Assembly: GCA_964486335.1 (NCBI GenBank)
Contig: CAZAMB010000005.1
Location: 100,008 to 164,007, forward strand
DNA length: 64,000 nucleotides
Origin: an uncultured Phycisphaera sp.
GTDB lineage: Bacteria; Planctomycetota; Phycisphaerae; UBA1845
Direction of reading: 5' to 3'
A program made the translations under genes and the position numbers. This document shows positions 1-8,964 of the stretch, piece after piece; within the stretch, counting starts at the first letter, position 1, and each line of letters opens with the position of its first letter. A model generated the notes under the pieces. It was given only the letters and a program-made list of their open reading frames with translations. It was not told the origin of the DNA and did not search any database.

Positions 1-514
1 CCCGCAGATCAACCTCGTTGCGGTTCGCCTTCGCCCGATCGAACAGCCCCTTTGCCTTGCCATCGAACAGTATGCGGTATCCCAGCAATCCCTCCGGGGG
101 AAGCGACGCGAGTCTGCGCATGGCGAACCGCCGAGCGGATTCATAGAGACGTCCTCCGTCCCCGGCGCCGTCATGTCGCGGCACCAGCGTTCCCGCTCGG
201 TCATCGAGAACTCGTTGAAGCGAATCAATCGCCAGCTTCCAGTCGCGCCGGGCGATCGCGTCCTCCGCGCGACTCAGCAGATTGACGACCGGCGCCGAAG
301 TTTCGATCAGAATGGGTCCGTCGCCGCGCGCAAGTTCCGGCTCAAACCAGGTTCGAGCATCACCGCGAATGAGATCACCTGCCTCAACCTGGAGGACGGA
401 GGCTTCGCGCCGCTGGGCGACCGTCGAGGAATTCTGAATCGCGATGACGGCGACAATCGCCGACAAGAGCCTAACCAGCCGGAAAAAACTAAACTTTCTT
501 AAAGCGGCAATCAT
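1..514 (-). CDS. hypothetical secreted protein, N-terminal portion only (gene continues past left edge of window)
   Basis: Minus-strand frame from ATG at 514 to position 1 with no stop. N-terminus MIAALRKFSFFRLVRLLSAIVAVIAIQ is signal-peptide-like. Absent from ORF track because no stop lies in the window. Confidence 0.5.
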   Translation of the reverse strand, partial: MIAALRKFSFFRLVRLLSAIVAVIAIQNSSTVAQRREASVLQVEAGDLIRGDARTWFEPELARGDGPILIETSAPVVNLLSRAEDAIARRDWKLAIDSLQRVLDDRAGTLVPRHDGAGDGGRLYESARRFAMRRLASLPPEGLLGYRILFDGKAKGLFDRAKANRNEVDLR

Positions 515-850
515 CAGATGGAGATTCAACAACAGGCTCGAAACCCGGTCGACCACGATTCCCACGAACCGTCATCGCAAGGCGATTCGAACGACTCTTT
601 TACGCTCCAAACGGGTTATCGACCCGACCGAGCCGGGCAAAAACCCGACGGGCAGGCAGGAACTTTCGGCCCCGACTAGCCATCTTATCCGAACGGCCAC
701 GGCGACTCTACCAAACCGGATGGAATCCTGACGATTTGTTACCGGCGAGAGCCGAGGATCGAGCTTCGTAACAACAACGTAACGGACACTTGAATGGAAA
801 ACGCGCAGTCTGCGGAATGACTCTTGAATTGAAGAACTACGACTGCGATC

Positions 851-2275
851 TTACCGCCGACGCTTACGTTTGTCTTTCTTGTTGAGCACCCGTTTGCTCG
901 CGGTGGACCCCTTCTTGAAACTGGGCATGGCGCCGCCGGCCATCATTTTCGAGAACTGCGTGCCCATGCGAATGCGCTGAAGGAACGACTGCCCGCTCAT
1001 CATCTTCATCATCTGCCGCATCGGCTCGAACATCTTGACGAGTTGGCTGACTTCTTGCGGATCGGTACCCGAACCGCGTGCGATCCGCCGACGCCGTGAT
1101 GTGTCGATTATCTTGGGATTCTCGCGTTCTTTCGGCGTCATCGACTGAATCACCGCCTCGAATCTCACCATCTCGTCGTCGTCGATCTCCTCGTCGGGGA
1201 TCATCTCGGCCATGCCGGGGATTTTCTTGACAAGGTCCTTCATCGAACCCATCTGCCGCATCTTGCGAAGCTGGAACAGAAAGTCGTCGAGCGTGAACTT
1301 GCCCGTAGCCATCTTGGCTTCGAGCTTTTCGGCTTCGCCCTGGTCGTATTGCCGCTGAGCCTGCTCGACGAGTGTGAGAATGTCGCCCATGCCCAGAATG
1401 CGGCCCGCGACGCGGTCGGCATGGAACTCCTCGATCGCCTCCATCTTCTCGCCGACGCCGATGAACTTGATCGGTTTGCCGGTAACGCGTTTGACGGAGA
1501 GCGCCGCACCGCCGCGCGTGTCGCTGTCAAACTTGGTGAGAATCACGCCGTCGAGTTCGAGCCGCTCGTTGAACACTTTGGCCGTGTTCACCGCATCCTG
1601 ACCGGTCATCGCGTCGAGGACGAGGTAGACCTGCTGAGGACTGACGGCCTGCGCGACTTTTTGAAGCTCGCCCATCAGGTCTTCGTCGATGGCGAGACGT
1701 CCGGCCGTGTCGAGGATCACCACGTCGCGGTCAGTCTTTCGCGCTTCGGCGATTCCGTTACGGCACACCTTGACGGCGTTCTGGTGGCCGCGCTCGGTGT
1801 ACACCGGCACGCCGACCTGTCCGCCGATGACTTCGAGTTGGTCGATCGCCGCCGGGCGCTTGAGGTCGGCGGCCACGAGCAGCGGACGCTTCGCTCTCCC
1901 GAGCAGCATCTTGGCCATTTTTCCGCAGGTGGTGGTCTTGCCGGAGCCTTGCAGTCCGGCCATCAGCAATACCGTCGGACCGGGAGCGATGAAGGGAATC
2001 TTTGGATCGACCGGGCCCATGAGCCGGACGAGTTCGTCATGGACGATCTTGACCATGACCTCAGCGGGCTTGAGGGTCTTGATGACCTCGGCGCCGATCG
2101 CTTTCTGCTGGACTTCGTCGCAAAACTGCCGGGCGACTTCGAGATTGACGTCGGCTTCGAGCAGCGCGGTGCGAATCTCGCGCATCACCTCGGTGACGTT
2201 GGCTTCGGAGATCTTCCCCCGCCCGCGAAGTCCGCGAAACACGTCGTTGAGCTTGTTTGTCAGGACGTCAAACAT
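851..2275 (-). CDS. ffh: signal recognition particle protein Ffh (SRP54 GTPase)
   Basis: 474 aa. N-domain, G-domain with GLQGSGKTTT P-loop and DTAGR motif; Met-rich C-terminal M-domain. Unambiguous family match from sequence. Confidence 0.95.
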   Translation of the reverse strand: MFDVLTNKLNDVFRGLRGRGKISEANVTEVMREIRTALLEADVNLEVARQFCDEVQQKAIGAEVIKTLKPAEVMVKIVHDELVRLMGPVDPKIPFIAPGPTVLLMAGLQGSGKTTTCGKMAKMLLGRAKRPLLVAADLKRPAAIDQLEVIGGQVGVPVYTERGHQNAVKVCRNGIAEARKTDRDVVILDTAGRLAIDEDLMGELQKVAQAVSPQQVYLVLDAMTGQDAVNTAKVFNERLELDGVILTKFDSDTRGGAALSVKRVTGKPIKFIGVGEKMEAIEEFHADRVAGRILGMGDILTLVEQAQRQYDQGEAEKLEAKMATGKFTLDDFLFQLRKMRQMGSMKDLVKKIPGMAEMIPDEEIDDDEMVRFEAVIQSMTPKERENPKIIDTSRRRRIARGSGTDPQEVSQLVKMFEPMRQMMKMMSGQSFLQRIRMGTQFSKMMAGGAMPSFKKGSTASKRVLNKKDKRKRRR

Positions 2276-2411
2276 GGCGAGATGTTGTAGGTCGCGCCGA
2301 ACGCGGGGTCAAGCACGGTGACGCGGACGCAACGCTCACGAAATTGTCGTACAAGTTGATACGACGATCTCTGTTCCCTCGCATTCGCTCTGCTTGAGAG
2401 CAGTTGGCAAC

Positions 2412-2576
2412 CTACTTGGGAGATTTGCGCGGATGTTCCTGGCGGTTTCGAAGCTCGTCGGTCCTCTTGCGCCAGAACTCCAATTCCTGTTGCGGCGTCA
2501 TCCCGGCAATCTGGTTTCGCACATGCTCGGCTCCACGACGCTTCATTTCGACGCAATCAAATGTCTTTTTCTTCAT
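2412..2576 (-). CDS. small basic protein (54 aa, MKKKTFDCVEMKRRGAEHVRNQIAGMTPQQELEFWRKRTDELRNRQ...) overlapping the 3' end of the PIN gene; possible cognate partner of the PIN protein
   Basis: ATG at 2576, stop TAG at 2414..2412; overlaps the PIN stop codon by 20 nt in a different frame. Below the 60 aa cutoff of the ORF track. No family recognised. Confidence 0.35.
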   Translation of the reverse strand: MKKKTFDCVEMKRRGAEHVRNQIAGMTPQQELEFWRKRTDELRNRQEHPRKSPK

Positions 2577-3030
2577 ACTCGATGACCTCGCGCGGCGAAT
2601 GAATCGCCAGAGCTGGAAGCCCCCGAAGCGAATTCACCGCATTATAGAGCGGAATCTTGCTGAAGTGAACAATGTGCTGAAAGTTCCAACTGACAATCGT
2701 TGGGCAACGCGAAACGGTCGCGAGTGCCACGTAGAGAGCATCATCGGCCGAGCGCCTGGTCAGAATTCCGGCGTCGAGGTACGCATCTCGCAGCGCAAGT
2801 GCTTCAGCCGTGGTCTCGACTACTCTGGCGAATGCGGCCATTTCCTCGAAAAGCCGCCGAACGTCCGGTGGCGCCGGCTCGATTTCCGCCTGCACCACGC
2901 CGGATGTGACAAGTTCAAACTTCCCGAGCCGAACCTGATCAAAGAAGAGGATGCTCGTCTCGGCGAATTCAGGATCGAATGGACCACCGAAAACCGACGT
3001 ATCCGCATAGATTCGAAGCGGCTCTTTCAA
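2557..3030 (-). CDS. PIN-domain protein (VapC-like putative ribonuclease toxin)
   Basis: 157 aa. N-terminal IYADTSVFGG acidic motif and C-terminal IVSWNFQHIVHF are typical of PIN domains. Start codon is TTG (cat ttg aaa gag = L K E on the minus strand). Confidence 0.8.
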   Translation of the reverse strand: MKEPLRIYADTSVFGGPFDPEFAETSILFFDQVRLGKFELVTSGVVQAEIEPAPPDVRRLFEEMAAFARVVETTAEALALRDAYLDAGILTRRSADDALYVALATVSRCPTIVSWNFQHIVHFSKIPLYNAVNSLRGLPALAIHSPREVIEYEEKDI

Positions 3031-3158
3031 ATGGACTCATCCGGTTTTGAGGGTTCGTTTCTGACCTGCTCCCCCGGTGGGTTGGACCCTTGAGTCAATT
3101 CCCGTCCGCGAAGTCCGCGAAACACGTCGTTGTGTTTGTTTGTCAGGGCGTCGAACAT
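3027..3158 (-). pseudogene. remnant duplicate of the ffh 5' end (MFDALTNKHNDVFRGLRGREL..., 43 codons) ending in a stop that overlaps the PIN TTG start
   Basis: Translation of the minus strand from ATG at 3158 gives MFDALTNKHNDVFRGLRG. The genuine Ffh N-terminus is MFDVLTNKLNDVFRGLRG. The frame then diverges and stops at 3029..3027. Confidence 0.5.
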
Positions 3159-3250
3159 TAAGGAATGTTGTACGGCCGCACCGAGCCAATGGTCAAGATG
3201 CTATAGGGGGCGCGGACGAAAATCAGCAGGACACGGTCGCGGTGATTATT
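3098..3250. repeat. diverged direct-repeat copy B of the ffh start-codon plus upstream region (copy A at about 2205..2350)
   Basis: The first ~75 nt align at about 85% identity, e.g. ccgcgaagtccgcgaaacacgtcgttg is identical in both. Homology continues upstream with indels (ggtcaag..gcgcggacg). Confidence 0.7.
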
Positions 3251-3258
3251 CCGGATGA

Positions 3259-4077
3259 TTAATGGTCCGGCGCTTTCAGTTTCGTGACCGCCGGTTCAAA
3301 GGGATTCCCACACTCGGAACACCGATGTTCGGGAAGTCCGAACAGGTCATATCCGCACTTGTTGCAGTGCCCCGGCGGGTAGATCGGGCGATAGCGGTTT
3401 CGAAAAAACACGACCACGGAAATCACGGCGAATGGTACAAGCAAAAAAGGGAACACGGAATAAGAAACGTAATAGAGGGCATCTCGCAGCGTAACGATTC
3501 CGCGAAAAAACGCCAAATGCCACCGCCATGAACTGAGGCACAATCCCAACAACGCAAATGCACTATTCCATGCGACCGATTTGATCGAACGAAGCGGCCA
3601 ACAAAGTATACCGAGTCCCAACGTATAAACTCCAAGAAAGAGACTCGTCAATAGGTACGTATGAATGTCGAGTAAGAGTTGTCCCGCCGCGCCGCTGACG
3701 ACGCGAAATCCGACACCATACAAGAACGCCGCGAGAAGGCGACGTCGCCACAGGAACATCAAGGCCGACCGGGTGAATCTCCCAAGACGCGCAAAGAGGC
3801 GCAGATAAACCGATTCGTCGAACATGCCGGGAAAGTGATTGGAGCGACTCTCGATCCCGCGTCGACGGGCTTCGGCTTGCAAAATGCCGAGTATTTCTTG
3901 CGAAAGATCAGACGGATCGGCCAACCCGCGCACCACGTCGTCGTCGGTTGCATTTCGCCATGCCTCGACGAGTTCGCTTTGACTTTGGTCGCCTATCAAA
4001 GTCTGACCCATTCGGCGTCGGCATCGGTACTTAACGAGGAAGTGCGGCACCGATTCTCTCTTCGTTTGGTACGCCAT
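3259..4077 (-). CDS. hypothetical multi-pass membrane protein with C-terminal zinc-ribbon (CNKCGYDL..CSECG)
   Basis: 272 aa. Several hydrophobic segments and a C-terminal CxxC..CxxC motif. No family assignment possible by eye. Confidence 0.55.
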   Translation of the reverse strand: MAYQTKRESVPHFLVKYRCRRRMGQTLIGDQSQSELVEAWRNATDDDVVRGLADPSDLSQEILGILQAEARRRGIESRSNHFPGMFDESVYLRLFARLGRFTRSALMFLWRRRLLAAFLYGVGFRVVSGAAGQLLLDIHTYLLTSLFLGVYTLGLGILCWPLRSIKSVAWNSAFALLGLCLSSWRWHLAFFRGIVTLRDALYYVSYSVFPFLLVPFAVISVVVFFRNRYRPIYPPGHCNKCGYDLFGLPEHRCSECGNPFEPAVTKLKAPDH

Positions 4078-4207
4078 CGTTAATGAAAACGTCTATGGCC
4101 ATCTTGAGTTCTCGAAAGACCTGTTGTCGCCCTTGAAGGGAACATGGACAACGCTAGGCGCTACATGATATGATGAATACGTGCGCTCAGCAAAGAAATC
4201 TTCGGAC

Positions 4208-4450
4208 ATGGAGTGGATGGTCCGTCTCAAGCTCGAAGCCCTTGATGAGGGCGGCTATCTGGCTACGAGTCCGGATATTCAGGGCCTGCTCGCGCAGGGA
4301 TCCACCATCGCCGAGACCATGGAAATCGCCCGTGACGTGGCTCGGAAGATTATCGAAAGCTGCCTCGCCCACGGCGATCCACTTCCCAAACCCAAGCGAC
4401 GCAAGACCCACTCCCTGCAAGCCGTGGTTCCCGTCACGGTGGTCGCATGA
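4208..4450 (+). CDS. hicB: HicB-family antitoxin
   Basis: MVRLKLEALDEGGYLATSPDIQGLLAQGSTIAETMEIARDVARKII matches the HicB N-terminal RNase-H-like fold pattern (GGY..PD..G....G.T.EE......A). Stop TGA overlaps the hicA ATG (ATGA). Confidence 0.8.
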   Translation: MEWMVRLKLEALDEGGYLATSPDIQGLLAQGSTIAETMEIARDVARKIIESCLAHGDPLPKPKRRKTHSLQAVVPVTVVA

Positions 4451-4653
4451 CCTATCGCGAACTGGTTCGCAAGCTTCGTGCGGCCGGTTTCCAATTTGAC
4501 CGTTCCGCCGCCGGCAGCCACGAAATCTGGTATCACCCCGTAAAGCGACTTCGCACAACGGTTCCCAACCATCCTGGTGATCTTCCAACGGGTACGCTTC
4601 GCGCCATCATTCGACAGACCGGGCTGACGAAGAGAGAGTTTGAATCGTTGTGA
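4447..4653 (+). CDS. hicA: HicA-family mRNA interferase toxin
   Basis: 68 aa, MTYRELVRKLRAAGFQFDRSAAGSHEIWYHP, the YcfA/HicA dsRBD-like signature including the GSH motif. Confidence 0.85.
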   Translation: MTYRELVRKLRAAGFQFDRSAAGSHEIWYHPVKRLRTTVPNHPGDLPTGTLRAIIRQTGLTKREFESL

Positions 4654-4843
4654 TCCTGGTCAAGCGATTGCCGTCAACGCTTACAGCATCTCTCGCAACT
4701 TGCGTTTCGCCAAACCTCGACGAACTTGTCGTGCATTTGTTCGACCATCAATGCCTGACCCAAGCGGCGTCATCATCAGCGCCTGTCGTCCATGGGGCAC
4801 GCCCGGCCAGAGTTGAAATGGCCGACCACGCGCGGAGAAGATT

Positions 4844-5923
4844 CTATTCACAGCGACCGGCTGCGGCGATTCGCTCTTTAAGATCGGCGACTTCGCGTTC
4901 CAGATCCTTGATTCGCTTGATCCACTCCGGCAGCCGAGGAAACACGGCCATGGCCCGCTTGGCTTCGTCGATCGGCATGGCCGGCGATCCGAAAACCTTG
5001 GCACCCGGTTCAATGTTCCCCGAGATGCCCGACTGCGCCGCGACCGTGGCGTCATCACCGATCGACAAGTGGCCGGCAACGCCGACCTGGCCCGCGAGCG
5101 TGACGTGTCGTCCGACGGTCACCGATCCCGCCACGCCGATCAATCCCACGAAAAGGCAATCCGGGCCGACCTTGCTCCCGTGGCCGATGACGATCACGTT
5201 GCCGAACTTGGTTCCGGCGCCGATTTCCGTTTTGCCGAGCGTCGCGCGGTCGATTGTGCAATTCGCACCGATTTCGACATCCTCGCCAATGACCGCGCGG
5301 CCGACCTGCGGAATCTTGACCCACTTCTGTCCATGAGGTGCGTACCCGAGGCCGTCTTCGCCGATAACCGAACCCGCGTGAATGGTCACGCGATGACTGA
5401 TAAGCGATCCGTCGTATACGACGACATTGGGAAACAGCGTGCATCGATGGCCGATGCTCGCGCCTTCGCCGATGTAACATCCCGGGTAGATCGTGCAATC
5501 ATCGCCGATGGACACTCCGGCCTCGATGGTCACGCCGGCGGCAATGTTCGCGTTCTTCCCAACGGTAGCGGTCGGGTCGATGGTCGCTCCCTCGGAGATT
5601 CCCCATCGGGGATGCCGCCGATGGCCGTGCAACGTGATGATGGCAACGGTAATCGCGCCGTAAGGGTCAGCGCACCTTAGCACGGGCAATCCGGGTGGAA
5701 CTTCAACTTTCTCACCCACCACCACCGCCGACGCCTTGGTTACGCCCAGCCGATCGAGGTACTTCGGATTGGCAAGGAAGCTGATTTCGCCTTCACGGGC
5801 ATCGTCGAGCGTGTTGACCGCCGTGATTGTTGTATCCGAACCATCCAACCTGGCGGAAAAACCATTTGCAATGAGCACGTGGCAGAGTTCAGATAATTGC
5901 ATCAGGTTCCCTAGTTGGCCCAA
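4844..5923 (-). CDS. lpxD: UDP-3-O-(3-hydroxyacyl)glucosamine N-acyltransferase LpxD
   Basis: 359 aa. Extensive hexapeptide (left-handed beta-helix) repeats (IGANCTIDRATLG, VIGHGSKVG) and N-terminal LpxD domain. Confidence 0.9.
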   Translation of the reverse strand: MGQLGNLMQLSELCHVLIANGFSARLDGSDTTITAVNTLDDAREGEISFLANPKYLDRLGVTKASAVVVGEKVEVPPGLPVLRCADPYGAITVAIITLHGHRRHPRWGISEGATIDPTATVGKNANIAAGVTIEAGVSIGDDCTIYPGCYIGEGASIGHRCTLFPNVVVYDGSLISHRVTIHAGSVIGEDGLGYAPHGQKWVKIPQVGRAVIGEDVEIGANCTIDRATLGKTEIGAGTKFGNVIVIGHGSKVGPDCLFVGLIGVAGSVTVGRHVTLAGQVGVAGHLSIGDDATVAAQSGISGNIEPGAKVFGSPAMPIDEAKRAMAVFPRLPEWIKRIKDLEREVADLKERIAAAGRCE

Positions 5924-6270
5924 ACTTCGCGTTTTATAGGTCGCAAGTCATGCGATCGGCTAATTGTACGGAGTTCGCGCAAATACTGTCAATCTCCAGA
6001 GGAATGGTCATGCGTCCGGAAATGGCGAGCCTGGACATCAGCTGGAAGTCACCGCCCGGCGAAGTTCAGGCAAACAGTGGTAAGACCGTTCCTCACATCC
6101 TATGATGGTTCGTTTGCCGCGAGCCGGGAGAGGTTCGCCGTTTCGGATCAGGGCGTCACAGTCATCGGTTTTGTTCAGTGTGTTCAATTCGACAGGTTAC
6201 GAGTGACGGTTGGGCGTCTGAATCGCTCTTTGTGGGGCGCGGCCCAACGTTTGTCTGAAGGTACATTCGC

Positions 6271-7821
6271 GTGATTTTGTTTTGGATGACTTCGATCGCT
6301 TTCGTTGTTTCCACCTTGGCGCTCGCGCTCTACGGGCTGCACCTTTATGCGCTGCTATACCTTTTTCGACGGCGCGCATCCCAGAAGAACAATGAACAGC
6401 AACGGACGATAGAGACTTACGAAAAAGATCGAAAGCCCGACGATTGGCCGGTCGTCACCACGCAGATTCCGATCTACAACGAAAAAGATGTCATTCATCG
6501 CGTATTGACGGCGGTTGCCGGCATGGACTATCCGCCGGGAAGGCACGAGATTCAGGTACTCGATGACAGCGACGACGACACGAAGTTCATCGTCGACGAT
6601 CTTGTCGCGAGCCTTCGAGCACGCGGCGCGGATATCAAGGTGATTCGCCGCCCAACCCGAATGGCGTACAAGGCCGGAGCGCTCGCGCACGGACTAACGA
6701 CCGCGCGGGGAACGTATGTCGCCGTGTTCGACGCTGATTTTGTTCCGCCCAAGGGATTCCTTCGCACGGCCATTCCGCTGATCGATTCGACGCCGAACCT
6801 TGCCTGCATACAGGGTCGGTGGGCGCACCTCAACCGAGATGAATCCTGGCTGACCGAATCCCAGGCGCTGGGCATTGACGGCCATTTCGCGATTGAGCAG
6901 GGCGCCCGCGCGTGGAACGGACTCATGATGAATTTCAACGGAACCGCCGGCGTATGGCGGAAAGCCGCCATTGACGACCCCAGCGTAGGGGGCTGGAGCG
7001 GGGACACGCTGACGGAGGACCTAGATCTCTCGTATCGCGCTCAGCTGGCCGGCTGGAAACTGGACTATTGCCTGAATCTCCCCTGCCCGGCCGAACTGCC
7101 CAACTCGGTCGGCGCGCTCAAAAGCCAACAGCGCCGCTGGGCGACAGGGTCCATCCAGGTGGCGATCAAGCTGCTGCCGAGAATCTGGCGCGCGCCCGTT
7201 TCGATGGCCGAGAAACTCGAGGCCACGCTGCATCTGACGCATTATTCGGTCGCCGTCTGGATGCTGATCCTGGCGCTGGTCGCGCGCCCGATGCTGCTGG
7301 CGATCGTCGACGCCCGATTGTTCACGCAATGGGCGTGGTTTGCCTGGGGCGCCATTTATTTCTCGGCGTTGGCGCCGTCTCTCGTTTATGTCTACGCCCG
7401 ATACAGTCTCGAAGGCCGATGGTCTGGCATCCGGACCATTCCGGGCATGATGATTCTGGGATGCGGATTCTGTGTCAACAACACGCTGGCGGTCCTTCGC
7501 GGATTGACCTTGCAGGGCGGGGAGTTCGTGCGAACGCCAAAGTCCGGTAGCGTCGGAACAACAGTAAAGCGATCCAGCTATTCAACAATGCAATCCAACA
7601 TGTGGCTCATCGAAATCGGTTTGGGGCTTTATTCGTTCGCTTCCTTTGTAATCTATCTCACGGCGGAATTACGAGCGTTCAGCGTATTCCTTTTGCTCTA
7701 CGCGATCGGACTCACTCTGACCGGATGGCTTTCTCGCCCCGAACGATTCGGAAAGGTCCTTTTGCAAACCGATATCGTCGGAAGTGCGGCGTCCATGCAA
7801 CCCGCCGTCGTGGAGCCATGA
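6271..7821 (+). CDS. membrane-integrated family 2 glycosyltransferase (processive CesA/HAS/NodC-like)
   Basis: 516 aa. N-terminal TM, DDSDDDT and DADF (DXD) motifs, QRRRWATG (QxxRW) motif, multiple C-terminal TM helices. Confidence 0.85.
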   Translation: MILFWMTSIAFVVSTLALALYGLHLYALLYLFRRRASQKNNEQQRTIETYEKDRKPDDWPVVTTQIPIYNEKDVIHRVLTAVAGMDYPPGRHEIQVLDDSDDDTKFIVDDLVASLRARGADIKVIRRPTRMAYKAGALAHGLTTARGTYVAVFDADFVPPKGFLRTAIPLIDSTPNLACIQGRWAHLNRDESWLTESQALGIDGHFAIEQGARAWNGLMMNFNGTAGVWRKAAIDDPSVGGWSGDTLTEDLDLSYRAQLAGWKLDYCLNLPCPAELPNSVGALKSQQRRWATGSIQVAIKLLPRIWRAPVSMAEKLEATLHLTHYSVAVWMLILALVARPMLLAIVDARLFTQWAWFAWGAIYFSALAPSLVYVYARYSLEGRWSGIRTIPGMMILGCGFCVNNTLAVLRGLTLQGGEFVRTPKSGSVGTTVKRSSYSTMQSNMWLIEIGLGLYSFASFVIYLTAELRAFSVFLLLYAIGLTLTGWLSRPERFGKVLLQTDIVGSAASMQPAVVEP

Positions 7822-7854
7822 TCGGCAGATCGTCGATTCAGTTCGGAAATATCG

Positions 7855-8964
7855 TTAGTCTTTTTCGGAAGCCTGGATTGGTACGGGGAAGTTCTTTCGC
7901 AACAATCCGGACGGCGCCTGTCCGACCGTAACATAGCCGTCTCTTTCGATCTTCCCCAGAATCGCGTTGAGACTGGCCATGGCGTCGCTGAATCGCTGGA
8001 GAGAAAGGACGGCGGCTTCGTAAAGGCGGGGATCGCGGACAAGAAGTCCCGCCGTTCCCTTTCCTTCTTCCACCTGTCGAAGCGTGCTCGCGAGGCTCCG
8101 GGTTCCATTGTCAAGATTGTCGAGCACCTGGTTGAGCTTTCCAAAGGAACGGTCGAGGTTGGCTTCCGTCGTGTCAATCCCTGTGTTGAGATTGTCGGAA
8201 AGCCTCTGGGTCTGCGATCTCCACAGTTCCATCGTTTCCTTCAATGTTTCCGCGGACGCCTTCAGGTCATGCACGACGCCCTTCACGTCGCCTTGCACAT
8301 TCACATCACCGAGCACGACATTGAGATTGGCTACAAGCTGGTCGATTCGCTCGACGACGGTCGAAAGGTTCGGCGTTGTGGTCGCCCCGGGTTGTTCCAC
8401 CTCGGCAACCGTCCGCCGTTCAAGCAGGCGATTCATGTTGCGAGCCACCGGCGTCGCCTCGCCCGCGAGGTCTCCGATGTTGTTGATCATTCGCTGGACG
8501 GAATCCACCATATCGCGCGTGATGAACTCTCCGATCATGCTGCGCATTTCGCCGTGGATCTGCGCATCTTCCTTGGGAAGCAGCTTTCGATCGCCGCCCG
8601 GTTCAACGAAGATCTCCACCCGACCGACACCGAAGCCGAGCGTCGCGCCGTACAAGCGGGCGACCGCGCCCTGCGGAATCGAATACTGCGACTTGATCCC
8701 GGCCACCACGACGACGCCGAGATCAGGCCGCTCCGGATCGCCGAATTGAAGATCCTTGACGCGTCCGATTTCAACCCCGTTGAGCTGGATTGGCGTGCCT
8801 TGCGAGATGCCCCGCAATTCGCGCGCGCCGGTGATTTCCAGTCGCCACTCGTTGCCGCCCAGCCACTCCGGCGTTTCACCGAACCACGCCATCAATGTCG
8901 CCAGCACGATGAGCGACGCCGCCACGAATGTCCCCACGGCCATGTTGCGCTTGGTTTCAGTCAT
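7855..8964 (-). CDS. mlaD: MCE/MlaD-family substrate-binding protein of the ABC transporter
   Basis: 369 aa. N-terminal TM followed by Mce domain (GVEIGRVKDL..), C-terminal coiled-coil. Last gene of the mlaE-mlaF-mlaD operon. Confidence 0.8.
   Translation of the reverse strand: MTETKRNMAVGTFVAASLIVLATLMAWFGETPEWLGGNEWRLEITGARELRGISQGTPIQLNGVEIGRVKDLQFGDPERPDLGVVVVAGIKSQYSIPQGAVARLYGATLGFGVGRVEIFVEPGGDRKLLPKEDAQIHGEMRSMIGEFITRDMVDSVQRMINNIGDLAGEATPVARNMNRLLERRTVAEVEQPGATTTPNLSTVVERIDQLVANLNVVLGDVNVQGDVKGVVHDLKASAETLKETMELWRSQTQRLSDNLNTGIDTTEANLDRSFGKLNQVLDNLDNGTRSLASTLRQVEEGKGTAGLLVRDPRLYEAAVLSLQRFSDAMASLNAILGKIERDGYVTVGQAPSGLLRKNFPVPIQASEKD

Noticed and set aside
2404-3093. 229 aa plus-strand ORF overlapping the PIN gene
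   Set aside because: Antisense to a well-supported PIN-domain CDS; Arg/Ser/Cys-rich low-complexity translation typical of wrong-strand ORFs in GC-rich DNA.
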